Shown here: one piece after another, positions 26,131-40,400 of the stretch
Position numbering within the stretch: position 1 is the first letter of the stretch
Layout of the letters: the number at the start of each line of letters is the position of its first letter
NCBI GenBank assembly: GCA_001949185.1
Contig: BDGG01000004.1
Coordinates: 3,691,777 to 3,755,776, forward strand
DNA: 64,000 bases
Direction: 5' to 3'
Source of the DNA: Ramazzottius varieornatus
Taxonomy: Eukaryota; Animalia; Tardigrada
The notes under the pieces: model-generated
Told to the model about the DNA's origin: nothing
Database searches by the model: none
The model's input: the letters and a program-made list of their open reading frames with translations, nothing else
Program-made: the position numbers and the translations under genes

Positions 26131-28548
26131 ATGTCGAAAAACGTCGATCCCTTCAAATATTTCTCGTTGGAGGCGGTGGCTGAAAAACTCTCTGATAACA
26201 AACGGAATCTGAAGAAGAATCTGGAAAAAGCGCAGGTCATCGGCAAATTGAATATGTTCTAATGCGCAGTAACTCCAGTCCCAGGAATACTCATGAAATT
26301 ATTTCATCCGTGTTTGCAGAAACTGTCTTTGTCTCGAGATGACCTGGATGGCTGCTTGTCGAGAGACAACGACGAAAAGTCAGCCGGGGTTTTCGGGAAG
26401 CCACTGGAATTCCTTCCGGAGTGCGAGGTGTCTATAGAGTTCAAAAACAAACAGTTCCCAGTTCAGATTCCAGTGTAAGGTATTTTTGAGATGATGCGCT
26501 GTTCCAAACGGACGTCATGCCTCATTTATGGTGTTCCACTGTCGTTGCTTATGTTCACAATTTGCTTTCAGTATCTTGCGGGACATCGGATCGCGGCTGT
26601 TGAAGAATGTGGATGTGGAGGGGCTTTTCCGAAAATCGCCAAGCTTCCGAAGAATTTCTTTCATCACGGTGAGTAAGAGGTCCTTCCCACAACTCAAGAG
26701 TGTATTGTCATCTTGGTTTTCTTGTCTAGGAAGCACTCGAGGCAAATCCGTCCGCCCTGCAAGACCAGTCGGATCTTAGTCCACACGAGCTCGCTCACCT
26801 ACTCAAAGAATGGTGAGTTTGAAAACGTAACCGAAACATTCTTCGAAAATTCCCGATTCAAAATGCTTGAGGTTTTATTATTGCAGGGTCAAAGAACTGC
26901 CATACTCGCTAGTGCCGAGCTCCTTACTTCCCTACGTCCTACGGCTGTTTGACGGAACGCAGCGTTCAAGTGGGCGAGATGCGGGACTATCGGATCCTGA
27001 CAAGCGAGAAGTCCTGCGGTTCCTTGGAACATCTTTTCCTGCTTCCAACAGGAACGTCATCATCTACGTATCATACGTAAGGTCGCACCTTTGTTACGAG
27101 TTCCAAGAACCATTTTTTGATGTTGGTATTTTGCTTAATCAGGTATTGTCGTCGGTGGCTAAGCGCTCTACGATGAACCACATGACGTCAAGAAATCTAG
27201 CTTTGGTTTGGCCCTCTGTCTTCTCCGGCAGCTATCGACCGAAGACAACCAACAACCGGAGTTTCGAAGACGCCATAAACATGACCGAGTTCTTCATCAA
27301 CAATCCATACATCTTCCATCCTAGCGTACAATTGACGAGAAACGGGAGCTTCGTTGACAACCGATTAGGTAAAAGTGACCGTAAAACCCTGTACTCGCAC
27401 GTCGGATATAGTTCTTGGTGCGGCGCATGATCATTTGTATCTTGATCATGTGGTGATCTGGTTATGGCCTTGAGCTGATATGCTTACGTGTTTTTTGTAG
27501 AGTTCGAACATTTACCCAAGCATGTCAAATTCGAAGCTCCATACATGCCATGCTCGCCGAAAAGAAAGAAGTTTGAGTTTGATCTGCGGACACCGGTCCA
27601 GTCGATACGAATTATGGGACGATCCACGGTCAACTCCGTGAGGGACAAGCTGGTAAGGAATTTGAATCCGGACAGAAATTTGGTGAGCTGAATGGCTGAA
27701 GAGTTGCCAGTTGTGTTGTTTTTATAGAAAATGACGGGGGAGAAATGTGGAAGAAATAGCTTGATGGCGCATCCGGACCGCTCCCATTTTCCGACACCCG
27801 AACCAGCTGGCTTCCCCAGAATCGAAACTGCCTTCAAGGAAGAACTCAAGGACATGCAAATATCCAGCCCTATGTCCAGCAGTCCTGCTCGAGAAATTTT
27901 CAGCTCTTTGGGTAAAGACCGTCCTGTCGAACCATCGATGAAAGCTCTGTACAGTTCCGGAAGTTTTGCCTCCCCGAAAAGTTACGGGGACGTTGAGATG
28001 GCGTCACCAGGACAAGCCAAACAGAGCCCAGTTCGCCTCGACTTCGAACAACAAACTGTCTGCTGTGTAGGTATAGTAGCGAATACTGCAAATTTCAAGC
28101 TCGGCTGCTTATTCGTAGTTCTTTCTGGAATAGAAAAGGTGCAAGGACTTTTCGGACTATGATCTTGCGGGACTTCGTAAAAAGTCGGTCCTAAAGAGCA
28201 CGCAGAACGTGGAGTGTCAAGTGGACCTCGGTCTGTCGGAGCAACTGGGGTTTCTTTCTTTGTCTATAGAAGACGGTGTCGCGGAGAAGATGCCAACTCC
28301 AGAAAGAATGGCGGTACCGAAGATGCACAAACAGGTACGAGACTCTCACGTCGATCTTCGTTCTGTTATGCTGTTTCGTTGTTCGCGTTGCTCATATCCC
28401 GTTCTTTGGATGCTTGTAGGGGCTACAGGTCAGTCCCGTGTCCGGCACACCGTCTTTCCGCCAACTTTCGGTAGCTGCCGTTATTCCTAATGGTATCGTA
28501 GCACGACGGGTGCGCATTCTTCGAGAGAATGGTGGGAAGCCGATGTAA
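26131..28548 (+). CDS. Rho GTPase-activating protein, ARHGAP11-like
   Basis: GVFGKPLE, VEGLFRKSPS (arginine finger), VKELPYSLVP, NHMTSRNLALVWPSVF. N-terminal GAP domain followed by an S/T-P-rich basic tail. Confidence 0.8.
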
Positions 28549-30381
28549 GATCTGTCTTGGGAAGTGCTCCGAGCTTTACTCACTTCTGAAGTCTGCTGTA
28601 GTCGATATATCATCACTTCTTTTCCTTCTCAGGGAAGATACTTCTCTGGATTAGTGTAAAGCACGACCACCTGAGATCTAGTGAGCGCATGGAAGTCGAT
28701 GCAGTACTTGTAGTTGTGACCTTGTTAGGTGAAGACCAGTATTACTGTGGGAATCTTTCAAGCCTTTTAATACCTTTTATGTTTTCTGTCTCGCTGAGTC
28801 GCAGGTTTAAGATTAACTAAAGCATGTTCGTTAAACTGATACTGTTAACACGTTATCTTGTAATTAAGTACTTCACCCCTTTATTTTGGTTTCTCCCACG
28901 CTTGCCTCCCTTATATACGCAAGTTTCACCGCAATTCGTCTGTAACTTTCCGAAGAATTTGAAATAGTGCCGCGACATACAAAATTTAACCGATAGAATT
29001 CCTTTGTTTTACGCATCACAGTGGTTCTCGCGCACAATAGTGTTAGGTGAGATACCGTTGTGGGTTATCGGAACAGATCGTGAGGTTTCCCTTGTTCCCG
29101 TGATCGAAAGTTTGTTCGTATCCTCGGTTAGAACTCGGATATCATGGCAGGGTTCTTTCCCACTGCGTCTTTGCTGAACCCTTGTATGCAGCTCTGACTT
29201 CATAACTACCGTCGAGACTGCTGATTTCTGATCATCTCTTCACTTCCGTGTCCTACAAAGCTTGGTGCAAAAGCTGCACAATCAGTGTACCGCATATGTT
29301 TATCATCCAGGCACATTCCGAGTCGCCCATCACAGAAGATCAACGTATACGTATATGAAAGCTCAAGAAAACATGGAAGATATTGATATTAGGGTAATAA
29401 GGAATGACCGATCAGAGAAGAGGTATACGCTGCTCGGTAGGATCAATACTTCAGCTATGGCCCACGAAGCCTGGAAGAAGAGCCAATGAGCAAAAGACAC
29501 TTCGGAAATGATTTGAGGTTGTTTCGATAGCCATGCATAGGGGTACGGATGGAAGTTACAGTACCCTCAAGCTCCTGTGCACATTGTGCAATGGTGGTGG
29601 ATTGCAAATACGTATCTAGCTGACGGAACACTGACGAACAGCGAGTAAAGCAGGCGCATCACGTTTGCTGAATGTGTAAAGGCGAACGCGGCCACAGACA
29701 GAACCAGCTGCTACTGCACGCTGGCTGGTACACTACTTTATCGAACAGTTCCTACACACTTTCTTATTTGCGCACGCCAGCGGAAAGAAAAGGCCCAAGT
29801 ATAGCGACGTTGCCTGTGACAGACCAGCCGCCATTGCTCCAAGGAATATTTCCCAAAGATCGTTCAGTTTACCTTTGTGGGAAGCCGGAGTTCTATCCAT
29901 GGAGTGATTCCAGAAGAGAGACAGTGAGCGGAATACAGTCAGGTAAGCACTTGAAGTGAGCCGTATGCTGTGGCTTGGTTGACGCAATGGACGGAAGGCA
30001 TTCAATGTGCCCGAACGAGAGGTCTGTCTTTCTCCGGGGCATAAATCCTCCCGGAAGTCCAGATATCAGTCTACAGTGCGTTGTTTTCTTTCACAATGCT
30101 TTGGGAGTGGTCAATGATGGGTTTTTAGGCGCGCAAAGTCTGCGTGACCAGCGTCAGTCAGGTGAACTATACTCACAGCTGCAAACCCTTCCATAGAGCT
30201 TGCCTTTGTGTGATACAGTGGCTGATTTTGGCAAGCCATTCGCCCATTATCTCGTTTGCCTAACATGATAATTTTGATCTCCAGACTCCAGTTCACGGCG
30301 AGTTACCACGTTTAGAATCCCTGAATCATTCGAGATGATTATCTAAACTGTACAATGAGGTGAATTCTGTCTTTTGTAGAC

Positions 30382-33300
30382 ATGAACGGAAGCTTCCCCT
30401 ACCAACAGTCGCCGTACGGGGCGAGCGGATACTCTAACCATCGAGTTACCGGACCTTCGACTGCTGGGCTGGATTTCAGTATGCCCAAGTCGCGCAAAGC
30501 TAGGTCACCTCATCCCTCATATGGCTTCGATCCCCAAGACACCTCGCGAGAGAGGCCGTTAAGCTGGAGCCACAGTTCGGCTTCGAGAACTTCGTCGGCC
30601 CATTCCGCATACGAACCAGCCATGTTTGGCTCCAGAAACGATGACCAGCAGCGAACCGGTTTCCCCAGTTCTTCGGGGTCGACGAGTGTTCGTGATTACG
30701 GATACAACGAACCTTCCACCAGTGTTCGACGAGAAATTTTCCGGTAAGCGTTCCCTTTCTTGTCCGTTTGTTTGTGCGTAACCGTAATGAAGTTCGAATT
30801 TCCGCTGTATGATTATCTTTGTTCTTTACAGTCCTTTCGAGGATCCACCGAGAGCTGTGTATCGTCATCCAGCCCATCCTGAAGTGCGATCTCACTATAA
30901 CGACTATCAAGAACCACCACAGCATTCAATGACAGAGAATACTCAACGACGTGGGCCCGTTAAACCCAAACCGAGACCTTCGCGACAACTTGCCTTCCAG
31001 GAGGACATGGAGGCTCAACGAAGCCGCCCTATCTCCATGCCGCCACCGCCAACGTCTGGGGATATTCCGCGATTGGAGGAGAAGGGGAAACGCAAGGCAA
31101 AAGCTTCTACTTCTGAGAAAGCACCAAAGAAGAAGGCCAGGAAGGCACCTGCTAAAATTGATACATTGCAAGCCGTCGTATCTTCGAGATGGAAAACTGT
31201 CACGGACACTCATCATACACGCTTGGTGGACCTCATTAAACTGTACGACCAGTCTTTCTTGATTCCAAATAGATTTCTGCACAAGTTTAAGTTTGGTACT
31301 GACGGATCTTTCATGTAGGAAACTGGGAGAAGAAGACGAGTTTGAGGCAGAGTCGTCCGGAAACAGGTTGCAGGCTGATTACGTTGGAAGGAAGAGCAAG
31401 AAGACGTTTCGAAACGGGTCCAGAGGAGCGCCTGCTCAACGCTTGAGCTTGCTCAAAGGAAATCCTGGTAGGTACCTTGTCAAGGTCCACCTCAGTTTCC
31501 TTCTTGTGGGTTGACGAACGATGGAATGTATTTTGACTTCTAGACGAGGAACCTGGCGATTCTTCTAAACCACAACCCGAGGATCCAATGAATGGATTGG
31601 TACGTACCCGCAGGACTTTGCTATTTGATATGCTAGACTTGTAGCTATGTGTTTCTTTCTAGCCGAATGTAAGGACTGTTGCGAAGCTTCGACCGACATC
31701 AGCTCCCGAAGAACGATACAGAAGACCGCTGGCCGGAAGTGCGGACTCTGAGATTCTAGAGCAGTATTACAACGCCAAGAAAAGAATTCTGACCACACTG
31801 AAACGTGCAAAGCCTTTGTCCCAGATGAAGTCTCCAGATTCTGCTCCAGCCAACACCACCGACGTCTTTACCTTCAAAACAGAAACGACGGAAGATGTGC
31901 GACAAAGACCGACGACAAACCATCCTGCATCCGAATGGGGTAAGTCATCGGAAGTGCTCGCTAACTAAACTATAAAATCAGTTTGACGAACAGCCAGTGT
32001 GCGTTAGTATCAAAACCACGATATTTCAGGTCATGCCGGCGCTTTTGTTCCAGCAGCCAAGCCTACCAAACGGCAGAAGGTCGAAGATGCTGGGTCGTCG
32101 TTTGGTGACTACGCGGCAAGCCTGCATTCAGTCAGTTCGACGCCTTCCAGAGCCGACTCCGACTGGCAGCATAGCGATGTGGAAGCAGATGAAAGCCGGA
32201 AGAAGATTCTGTCCCAGCTTCAAAAGCTCAATGATAAGAGGGCACGACTCGAGGCGCAGCTGACACGTATTCAGAAGGGTTCTGCCGCCGCAAAGGTCCC
32301 AGACGCTCCACTGTTCCGACCTGATGCGCTTCTGTCTGCCCACGTAAGATCTGAATGTGCATACTTTCGGTGAATTCTCTATATTCAATATGGTTAGTTG
32401 ATAAATCTCGTTTGTATTTTGCAGCAAGAATTACGAAACCAGACAAAGACTGACAAGAGAAAGAAGGAGCCTCAGTACTCATCCGTAGTTGCTCATAGAG
32501 TAGTTGCGCCCACGCCAGTATTCCACGAGCCCGCTGTGGGGAGGACTCCCGAAGAAGTGATGAGAGACCAGTGGAAAGTGTTGAGCTTGAAATTCATACC
32601 GTTGGCTTATCGGGTCAGGTGTTCAAGACAGGAGAAAGCTAGTGCTCGTCGTGCGAAAGTACGTCGGATAGTGACAATGCTAGTGTGAAGCCAAACCAAA
32701 ACTCGATGGTGCTTTTTTCCAGATTGGAGCGGCTTTTTTGAGGGACTATGCCAAAGTTCGGCTGGATTCCACAAGGCTGGCGCAAGAGTATGTACAACGG
32801 GCCAAGTTCATGGTGCGAGACATGTTCACACGATGGAAGGTCTTGGACAAAGAGGAGAAGAAGTGGAAGAAACAGAAAGAGAAGGAGGAAGTGGAAGAAA
32901 AGAAAGTGGCACTGGAAATGCAGGAAGCTCGTCGTCAACAACGAAAACTCAACTTCCTCATCACCCAAACGGAACTTTATGCCCACTTCATGGGAAAGAA
33001 GATCCAAGGCACGAACGACCCAGACCCGAACTTCTCAGAGGACAAAGGTACATAGTCTTCTTTCCACAAACAATCTTGCTCTACACTTTTTCTATAGATC
33101 ATTTTGATTCTCTGAGTTTCTCATTGATCATTTTTATTCGGCATATTTTTCTTGCAGCCATCTTGGGAAAGCTGGACACCGAAGCTCCTCTACCGGAGGT
33201 CTACCAACAGCATCTTCTAGGCGAACCAGACGCCACGGAAAGTCTAGTAGGAGATCAAGCCAAGTTGGACGTCGTTCGAAACGTGGCCGAAGCTGTTGAG

Positions 33301-36300
33301 ATGAACAAGAAGCGCATCTCCAACTTTAACAAGAACTCCAACATGGCTCCTGAACTGAATGGTCAAGCCCAGTTCGATGCAGCTGATGAGAGTAAGGTCC
33401 TGTCCGAACCTTCGATCTTCCAAGGCACTCTTAAGACCTACCAGAAGCGCGGCATTTCGTGGTTGGCCAGTCTTTTCTCCAACGGCATCAACGGTATACT
33501 GGCTGATGAGATGGGTCTGGGCAAGACAGTCCAGTCCATCGCTTTCTTGGGGCATGTGGCGGAAGAACACAAGATATGGGGACCCTTCCTGATTGTCGCG
33601 CCGGCTTCCACTCTGCATAACTGGCAACAAGAGTTCCAGAGGTTCATACCAAAGTTCAAGGTGGTACCGTACTGGGGAACCACTGAAGAACGGAAGATTC
33701 TGAGGCAGTTTTGGAAAGTCGACAAGATGCATACCGAGCAAGCTAGCTTTCATGTAGTTATCACCAGCTATCAGCTAGTGGTGCAGGACGCACCGTACTT
33801 GAAGAAGATCAACTGGCAGTATATGATCTTGGATGAAGCCCAAGCCATCAAGAGCAGCGCAAGGTAAACGCTAGTCTCTACCTAAGAATTTGCAGTTCGC
33901 GTTGCTAACTAAGCTAACTACGCGTAATCTTTCTGCAGTATTCGATGGAAACTCCTGCTTGACTTCCCCTGCCGCAATCGTCTGCTGCTGACTGGAACAC
34001 CTATCCAGAACTCCATGGCAGAAGTAAGTACTTGGTTGAGCCAGTGCAGTTTTCTCGCGGTATAAATTAAGTATGTATTGTGTACAAGTGCACGGTTATT
34101 TCTTGTTGTAGCTTTGGTCCTTACTCCACTTCATCATGCCATCATTGTTCGACAACCACGCTGAATTTGACGAGTGGTTCTCGCGAGATATTGAGAGCCA
34201 TGCGGAAAACAAGTCACAGATGGACAACAGTATGTACCTTCCCACATCCACATACCTGTGTTTATAAACGATATACTGAACAGTACGAAAATTTCATTTG
34301 ACTATTCTAGAGCATCTTAGTCGTTTGCATATGATTCTGAAACCGTTCATGATGAGACGCATCAAACGCGACGTGGAGAACGAGTTAACGGACAAGGTAA
34401 GGAGGACAAATTTGCGTAATGATAGTCATGTTACAGGACTGATGGTTGGTATGTAGATTGAGATTATGGTCAACTGTCCGCTGACGAAACGCCAGCAGGA
34501 TCTTTACGAAGCGCTGAAGCACAAAATTTCCATTGACGACCTTCTCTACTCCACAACGACCACCTCTGCCCAGTCCGAAACGACCAGTTCCCTGATGAAC
34601 CTTGTGATGCACTTTCGCAAGGTTTGCAATCACCCTGAGCTCTTCGAGCGGCGTGACGTTCGCTCTCCGGTCTGGTTACCCGCACTCTCCTACGAAGTCC
34701 CCAAACTGGCATATCGTGAATGCTCGCCGCAAGTGCTACCTGAAGCCTCGAAGCGCTACTTCATCAACAAATATTTCCTGCTCAGCTCACCTGCGAACGT
34801 GAAAGCCGCTGTGGACGACGCAGGGCTCAAAAACCGTAAGAAGCCAAAGACATCGCAATATTTGTTCCGACAAATTGTATTTGTATATTTGAGCATTTCA
34901 TACTATAGTTGGGCATTCATATATTATTGTATATTTGAGCATTTCATAGGTGAAATGTCGTCTGTGATGTCGTTTTGCCGCTTCACCCCAGTCAGAGAGG
35001 CTGATGTGCAGAAGATCTTCTTCGATGAAATTTGCGAAAGGTAACACAAAAGACGAGGTAATATCTGTGGGGCAAGTCCGGAATCACTAAACGTGGTTCC
35101 TTGTAGACTGAGACTGAGATCTATGCTGAGGCAAGTTCGGCTTCGTCATCGTCTCAGCAGGGACTGGTCGGACAAGAAGAGTTCCATGCTCCTACTGGAA
35201 CCCACATTGCCGACGTCGGAAGAAAACGTCGCACTGTCCTCCTTGAAGAACTTCTTGCTATGCGACACTACCACTCAAAGATACTCGTATGGTCCTTGCC
35301 GGATAGTCCGTTCCGAAAAGCACCAGAGGAATGAGCTTTCTGATGACAACGCGGATTCTTCTATGACCGACACAGTCAAAGACCCGAAGCCGCAACTGAT
35401 TGACACATATCCGCTGTTCCTGCCGGCGTTCTTCCATTGCGCGGTACCAAAGGTAAGTATCATCGCTTTACTGAGAATCTCTAGTGCTGCCGAATCTGAG
35501 TTTGGTCGAAAGTTTCTAGTATTGATTGTGGTTCAGGTTTCCGGACGAGCAGTGACAGAGTATGTGTACGATACCAAAGCACAATCACAGAGCTTGTACC
35601 TTACCATGCGCAACGCGGAAGTCAAGCATCGAAAGCTACTGTGGAACGGACCCGACTATGTGGATCCTTCTTACGACCAACGCGGGAACTTCAGACAGGA
35701 AAAGCAAGGCGGCTTCCTTGGCATCCATCCCGACGGCGGATGGTTCCCCATGGACGTTCCCGGTAAGCCCAGTAAACACCACTTTGTCTCCTCGTGGGAT
35801 ATGCAGTAATGATTCTTGTGTGGTTTCTGCAGATAAGCAGCATCTGATCGTGGACTCTGGAAAGTTACGGGTCTTGGACAGTCTACTTCGAAGACTGAAG
35901 AAGGAAGGCCATCGCGTCCTGATCTACAGCCTGATGACCAAGATGATGGACATTCTGGAGGAATTTATGGTCCACAAGCACTACCCTTACATGAGGCTGG
36001 ATGGCTCTTCAAAGATCTCTGATCGTCGAGACATGGTTAACGACTTCCAGTCGAAGGAGAAGATATTCGTCTTCCTGTTGAGTACGAGGGCCGGTGGACT
36101 TGGAATCAACCTGACTGCAGCAGATACTGTAAGTGATTTCTTCGCCGAAAGAGGTTTTCATTAACTTCCGGTTGCGCTTGAATGATGGTAAACATTTTAT
36201 TTGTATTCAGTTTCTTTTCGGTGTTTTTAGGTGATATTTTACGACAGCGACTGGAATCCGACAGTTGACCAACAAGCCATGGATCGAGCTCACAGACTCG

Positions 36301-37205
36301 GTCAGACCAAACAAGTGACGGTCTATCGGTTGATTTGTCGAAACACGGTGGAAGAACGCATCTTGGAGCGAGCTCAAGAGAAGAGCGCCATCCAAAGAAT
36401 GGTTATCAGCGGAGGAGACTACAGACCTGACACCTTGAGACCGACGGAGGTGGTGTCGCTGCTCCTGGACGATGAAGAGATCAAGAAGACGCTGCATCGA
36501 CGCGAGAACGAACTCAATCAACGAGAGATTCCTGCCAAGAAAGCTCCCGCGAAGAAACCAAGACCGTCTAGAGCGAAAGCCAAAACCACCACGGAAGCCA
36601 CGGTGTCGCCATTGGCCCAGTCGACCAACGACCCTGCTCCGAAAAAGTCCAAATGGAAGAAGAAACCAGCTGCTACAGTAGTAGAGAATCCTTCTGTCGG
36701 GGGTCAGCCTGAAGTACCTGTAACTCCTGTAACGAAGGCGAAGCGGCAACCTGCGAAACCAAAGGTCGCTGCTGCAAAGAAGCCCGTCGATAATTCGGCT
36801 GAAGGTGCAGTGAAGGAGCCGGAATTGGTGCTTGCAGTGAACGGAACCGCACCGAAAGCTGCTGGGAAGACTAAGGCTAGTGGACCGGCTCCAATGTCGA
36901 GTGAGCGGAAAAGTAAGAAGAGAAAGTCGGAGGTTCCGCCTTTGGAGACCGTAGACAACTCCACGATTCCTGTTGAGAACGAAGGGGCGATCGAGGCTCA
37001 AATGCCGATGTCGTCCCCATCGGCTGAACCCGAAGATGTGACAATGGCAGTTGGTAAAACTGCCGCTCGTGGTAAGTCGTGACAGAAGACAGAAAACAAC
37101 ATAACTCTCGTTACGGAACTGTATATAGACATTATGCTGGAAATATTTTGTCTTCTTTTTGCAGATTGTGGATCGGCCAGGAAAGTTTTGAAAACGAAGC
37201 GATGA
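30382..37205 (+). CDS. INO80: Chromatin-remodelling ATPase INO80
   Basis: DBINO motif [50 protein letters not shown], split ATPase with long insertion, [34 protein letters not shown]. Confidence 0.97.
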
Positions 37206-37425
37206 TGATAAGTAGCTTCGTTCCGAAAGTTTGACGGCTTTCTATAGCAACTGTTCCTAACCTGCTCTCAGGTTTGCATCTGTGTTTCCCTCTTTTACGA
37301 CTCTTACTTCTTTTTATTGTATTTATCTAGGTTTGTTTGAGCTTGAGATGTGGAAAGACCATCCGTAATAAAAATCTGACAGTCAATAAAAAGTGAAATG
37401 TAAACATGATTGAGATTGTAAAAAG

Positions 37426-40400
37426 TTAAAACTGCAATATGGGCGTCTCTAGCGTGTACTCCGACCACAAATCTTCGAGTCGGCTCTCGTCGTTGGAGCA
37501 GAAGCGACGGAAATCTGCCAACATCTTATCGAGGAAAGCCTCGTCACCTATAAAGCACAAACTTGGTTCCTGGAAAATTTACAACCTTTTTGCAGAAGAA
37601 TGACAATGCGCGCTGGAAGTTTAAACGTTAGAAGCATCTACCGGTGTTCGCCGCCCGCCACTTTTTCGTTAGGCAATTATTCCATGCCCACCAGTAGCCA
37701 GCCAGTGGTAATGTGTTACAGTCTTCCACCAACTGCTCAAGTTCTTTACTGTTATCGTGAGCAGGGATCATGGCGAACATTCCGCCGGAAACATGGACAT
37801 ATTCCCGCGAGTTTGTCATGACATCGATACGTCGAGCGTTTTCTTGCAGCGAGATGAAACCGAAACGATGAAGGATAGCTTCCTGCATGTGAACCAACTT
37901 TTGGTACACACGCGGGTCTTCTGCGCGTGAAACGTAATATCGGTCAGTACATCAGAAAGGAAACTAAGTCGACAGAACATTCTTACCAGATAAATAATAT
38001 TTAAGACAAAATACGGAAGCTCGGCAAACAAGCTGGGACAAGATTTTTTCCTCAAGTGGCACACATCTTCGTTGTTACCAGCTGGAGCGTGCGCCACTTG
38101 GAAAAACGATCGTGTCGAGACCGAGTTCCCATAATATAAAGCGAGTACACACCAATCTTGACAAATCCATCAAATTTACCTTCAACGTGGAGCGAAGCTT
38201 TTATTATCCCGATAATCCTGTCACATTGCAGGGGCACGAAGATTGGCATTCGGAGAGGGTCCGAGCTCGCTTTGGACGGTAGCGCGAAAGGATCGCCCGG
38301 TACCGGTATCAGGTGAAACCCATTGCTTGGACACCTCCGACCCCAAACTTGCATCAGTTCTATAGAAACCAAAAACACATTAGCGATCTTCTAGTTCGAT
38401 ACTCAAAATACGTCATACCTCCAAACATTGGACCAGATGCCTGCAGCCATTTCAGTTCAATCTCAAAGGCGCAGTCTGGTGTGAAAGTCGAGTGGTAGTT
38501 AGCCACCGCCCATTCTAAGCGGTTGCTTCCTCTGTAGTACATATCAACGTTGATGAGGCAGGACTTCTTGGAAGAGAATGGATATGGGTTGTTACGATCC
38601 AGCGCGGCTTCTGCAGACATGATGCCGTGGTCTTGTTTCAGTAGGCCCAGCTCCCGAGTACGGTCCTCCAAGAAGCGAAGGCGACCCTTGGCAGGGTTCG
38701 CGATAGCGCATTCGATCCAGACTTGATCGAAGTCGATATCACAGTCCTCCAACTCCATTTCTAAAAGAAACAGAATCAGCTGATTGAACGAAGAGATCCA
38801 GATCAAAGTTCTGACAGATACAATAGTTCGTCAATTGTGCAAGAGCAAAAACGTAATAACAAACAGCTTCATACACCTGCATACGCAGATTCGCGTATGT
38901 TTTGCAGTCCACGTGCATGCAGGTACATGATCGTCGTCGACCATTTCGTCCGCTGAGGCAAATGCGAATCATGACTAGTAAATTACCGATAGGGTGTCTG
39001 GTTTCACCAGGTTGGACAATATTGTATAAGTAGAACCCGCAAACAAAGGGAAAGCTTCTTTTGCCCGAAGCATGGACGATAAGACGGTCGGTAATCATTC
39101 GGCTAAAGAGTTCCGAAGCAAGTTCGGAGCATGGGATACCCAAGTTCTCCATTACCCACTCTACAGCCTCATAGCTCAGAAAGAACCCCGGCTGAAGGTC
39201 AGTCTGCTTTTGGAACGTGACAATATTTTCAAAAGGTGCCTTCATGGCTTCCAGGATATCCTGCAGCGGAGACATTACACTCAGCCCGGAAGTTCGTGCG
39301 GGACTTCCCTAAAAACAGAGCGCACATCAAGACGAATGTAAGGCAGGTATACGATAGATTTTACATGCGGGGATGGCACTTCGAGTCCGAGGCTATTCGA
39401 TGCTGCTTTGAAGGCTTCCAGAGACGTGTACTGCACAGCCAGCGGGGAAGGGTTCTTGGTTGGTGCCGACTGTGATCCATGTAAGTCGGGAGACGAGATG
39501 GCATTGAGATGCGTACTTCGACCCAAAAGGCTCAACACTCTGCTCGGTGCTGGCTGACGCTTGGCCGGGTTGACCTTGCGCCCTCTCTGTACTCTCTTCA
39601 TTCGGTTACACATCTCGATCACCCGCATGAAACCGTCACACATCGCGTCATACTCTTCGGGAGAGCGATCGAAGAGGTTCCATATGTCACATCTTGAGTT
39701 AGACTGGTCATCGGAAATCTTCTTGATGATGCTCTGGCTACAAGGCAGCACAAAGTACTGGCCCTTCCAGCATTTCATCTGTGGATGCTCCAGCGGATAG
39801 TCCCCTCGGCCTTTTGTCAGGATACAGAAGTCGAGGTAGTTCCAGTTGAACTCTTCGAATCGCTCGTGAGAGAACGTGACCCATGAAACTTCATAGCGAT
39901 TCATATCGGGAACCATAAACCTGCATAATTGTACAATGCTGAAATGGGAGCTCGGCAAACAAATTGACCGGATCGTTTTCTCAAGTGGCGCACATTTTCG
40001 GTGATACAGTATCGACTGCAAGCTTGCGCCACTTGAAGAAAAACGATCTGGTCGAGCTTGCTTGCCGAGCTAGTCCCAAATTTCTTGATCTAATTTGAAA
40101 ACTCATGTCTGTTTCTTCCCTTTCTATTTTCAAATTTTTCGGTATTCCGACCTGTATTTGTAGTCGATGCGTGGGATACGGTATGGATGTCGCGGTGTGA
40201 AGCGTGTGACGGTGATGTTTGACAGGTCCATTCTGATCCTGTGGAAGACTCTTCCCAAAGACAGAAAGCACTGCTCGGACTGCGTGTTCAAATGTGATTT
40301 ACGACTAATCTTTTCCGAAACGCGGAAGTCAGCGTCGACTGTGTATGTCTTCGAGCCCGAAATTAGCTGAAACCCTTGCTGAAGTCTTTGACACATCAGC

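Noticed and set aside
28600-30380. ORFs of 60-95 aa upstream of INO80
   Set aside because: No motifs. A donor near 29942 and an acceptor near 30379 suggest INO80 5' UTR exons.
39981-40000. AGTGGCGCA in family A resembles a tRNA/SINE A-box
   Set aside because: There is no B-box, cloverleaf or tail, and the motif occurs as an inverted pair.
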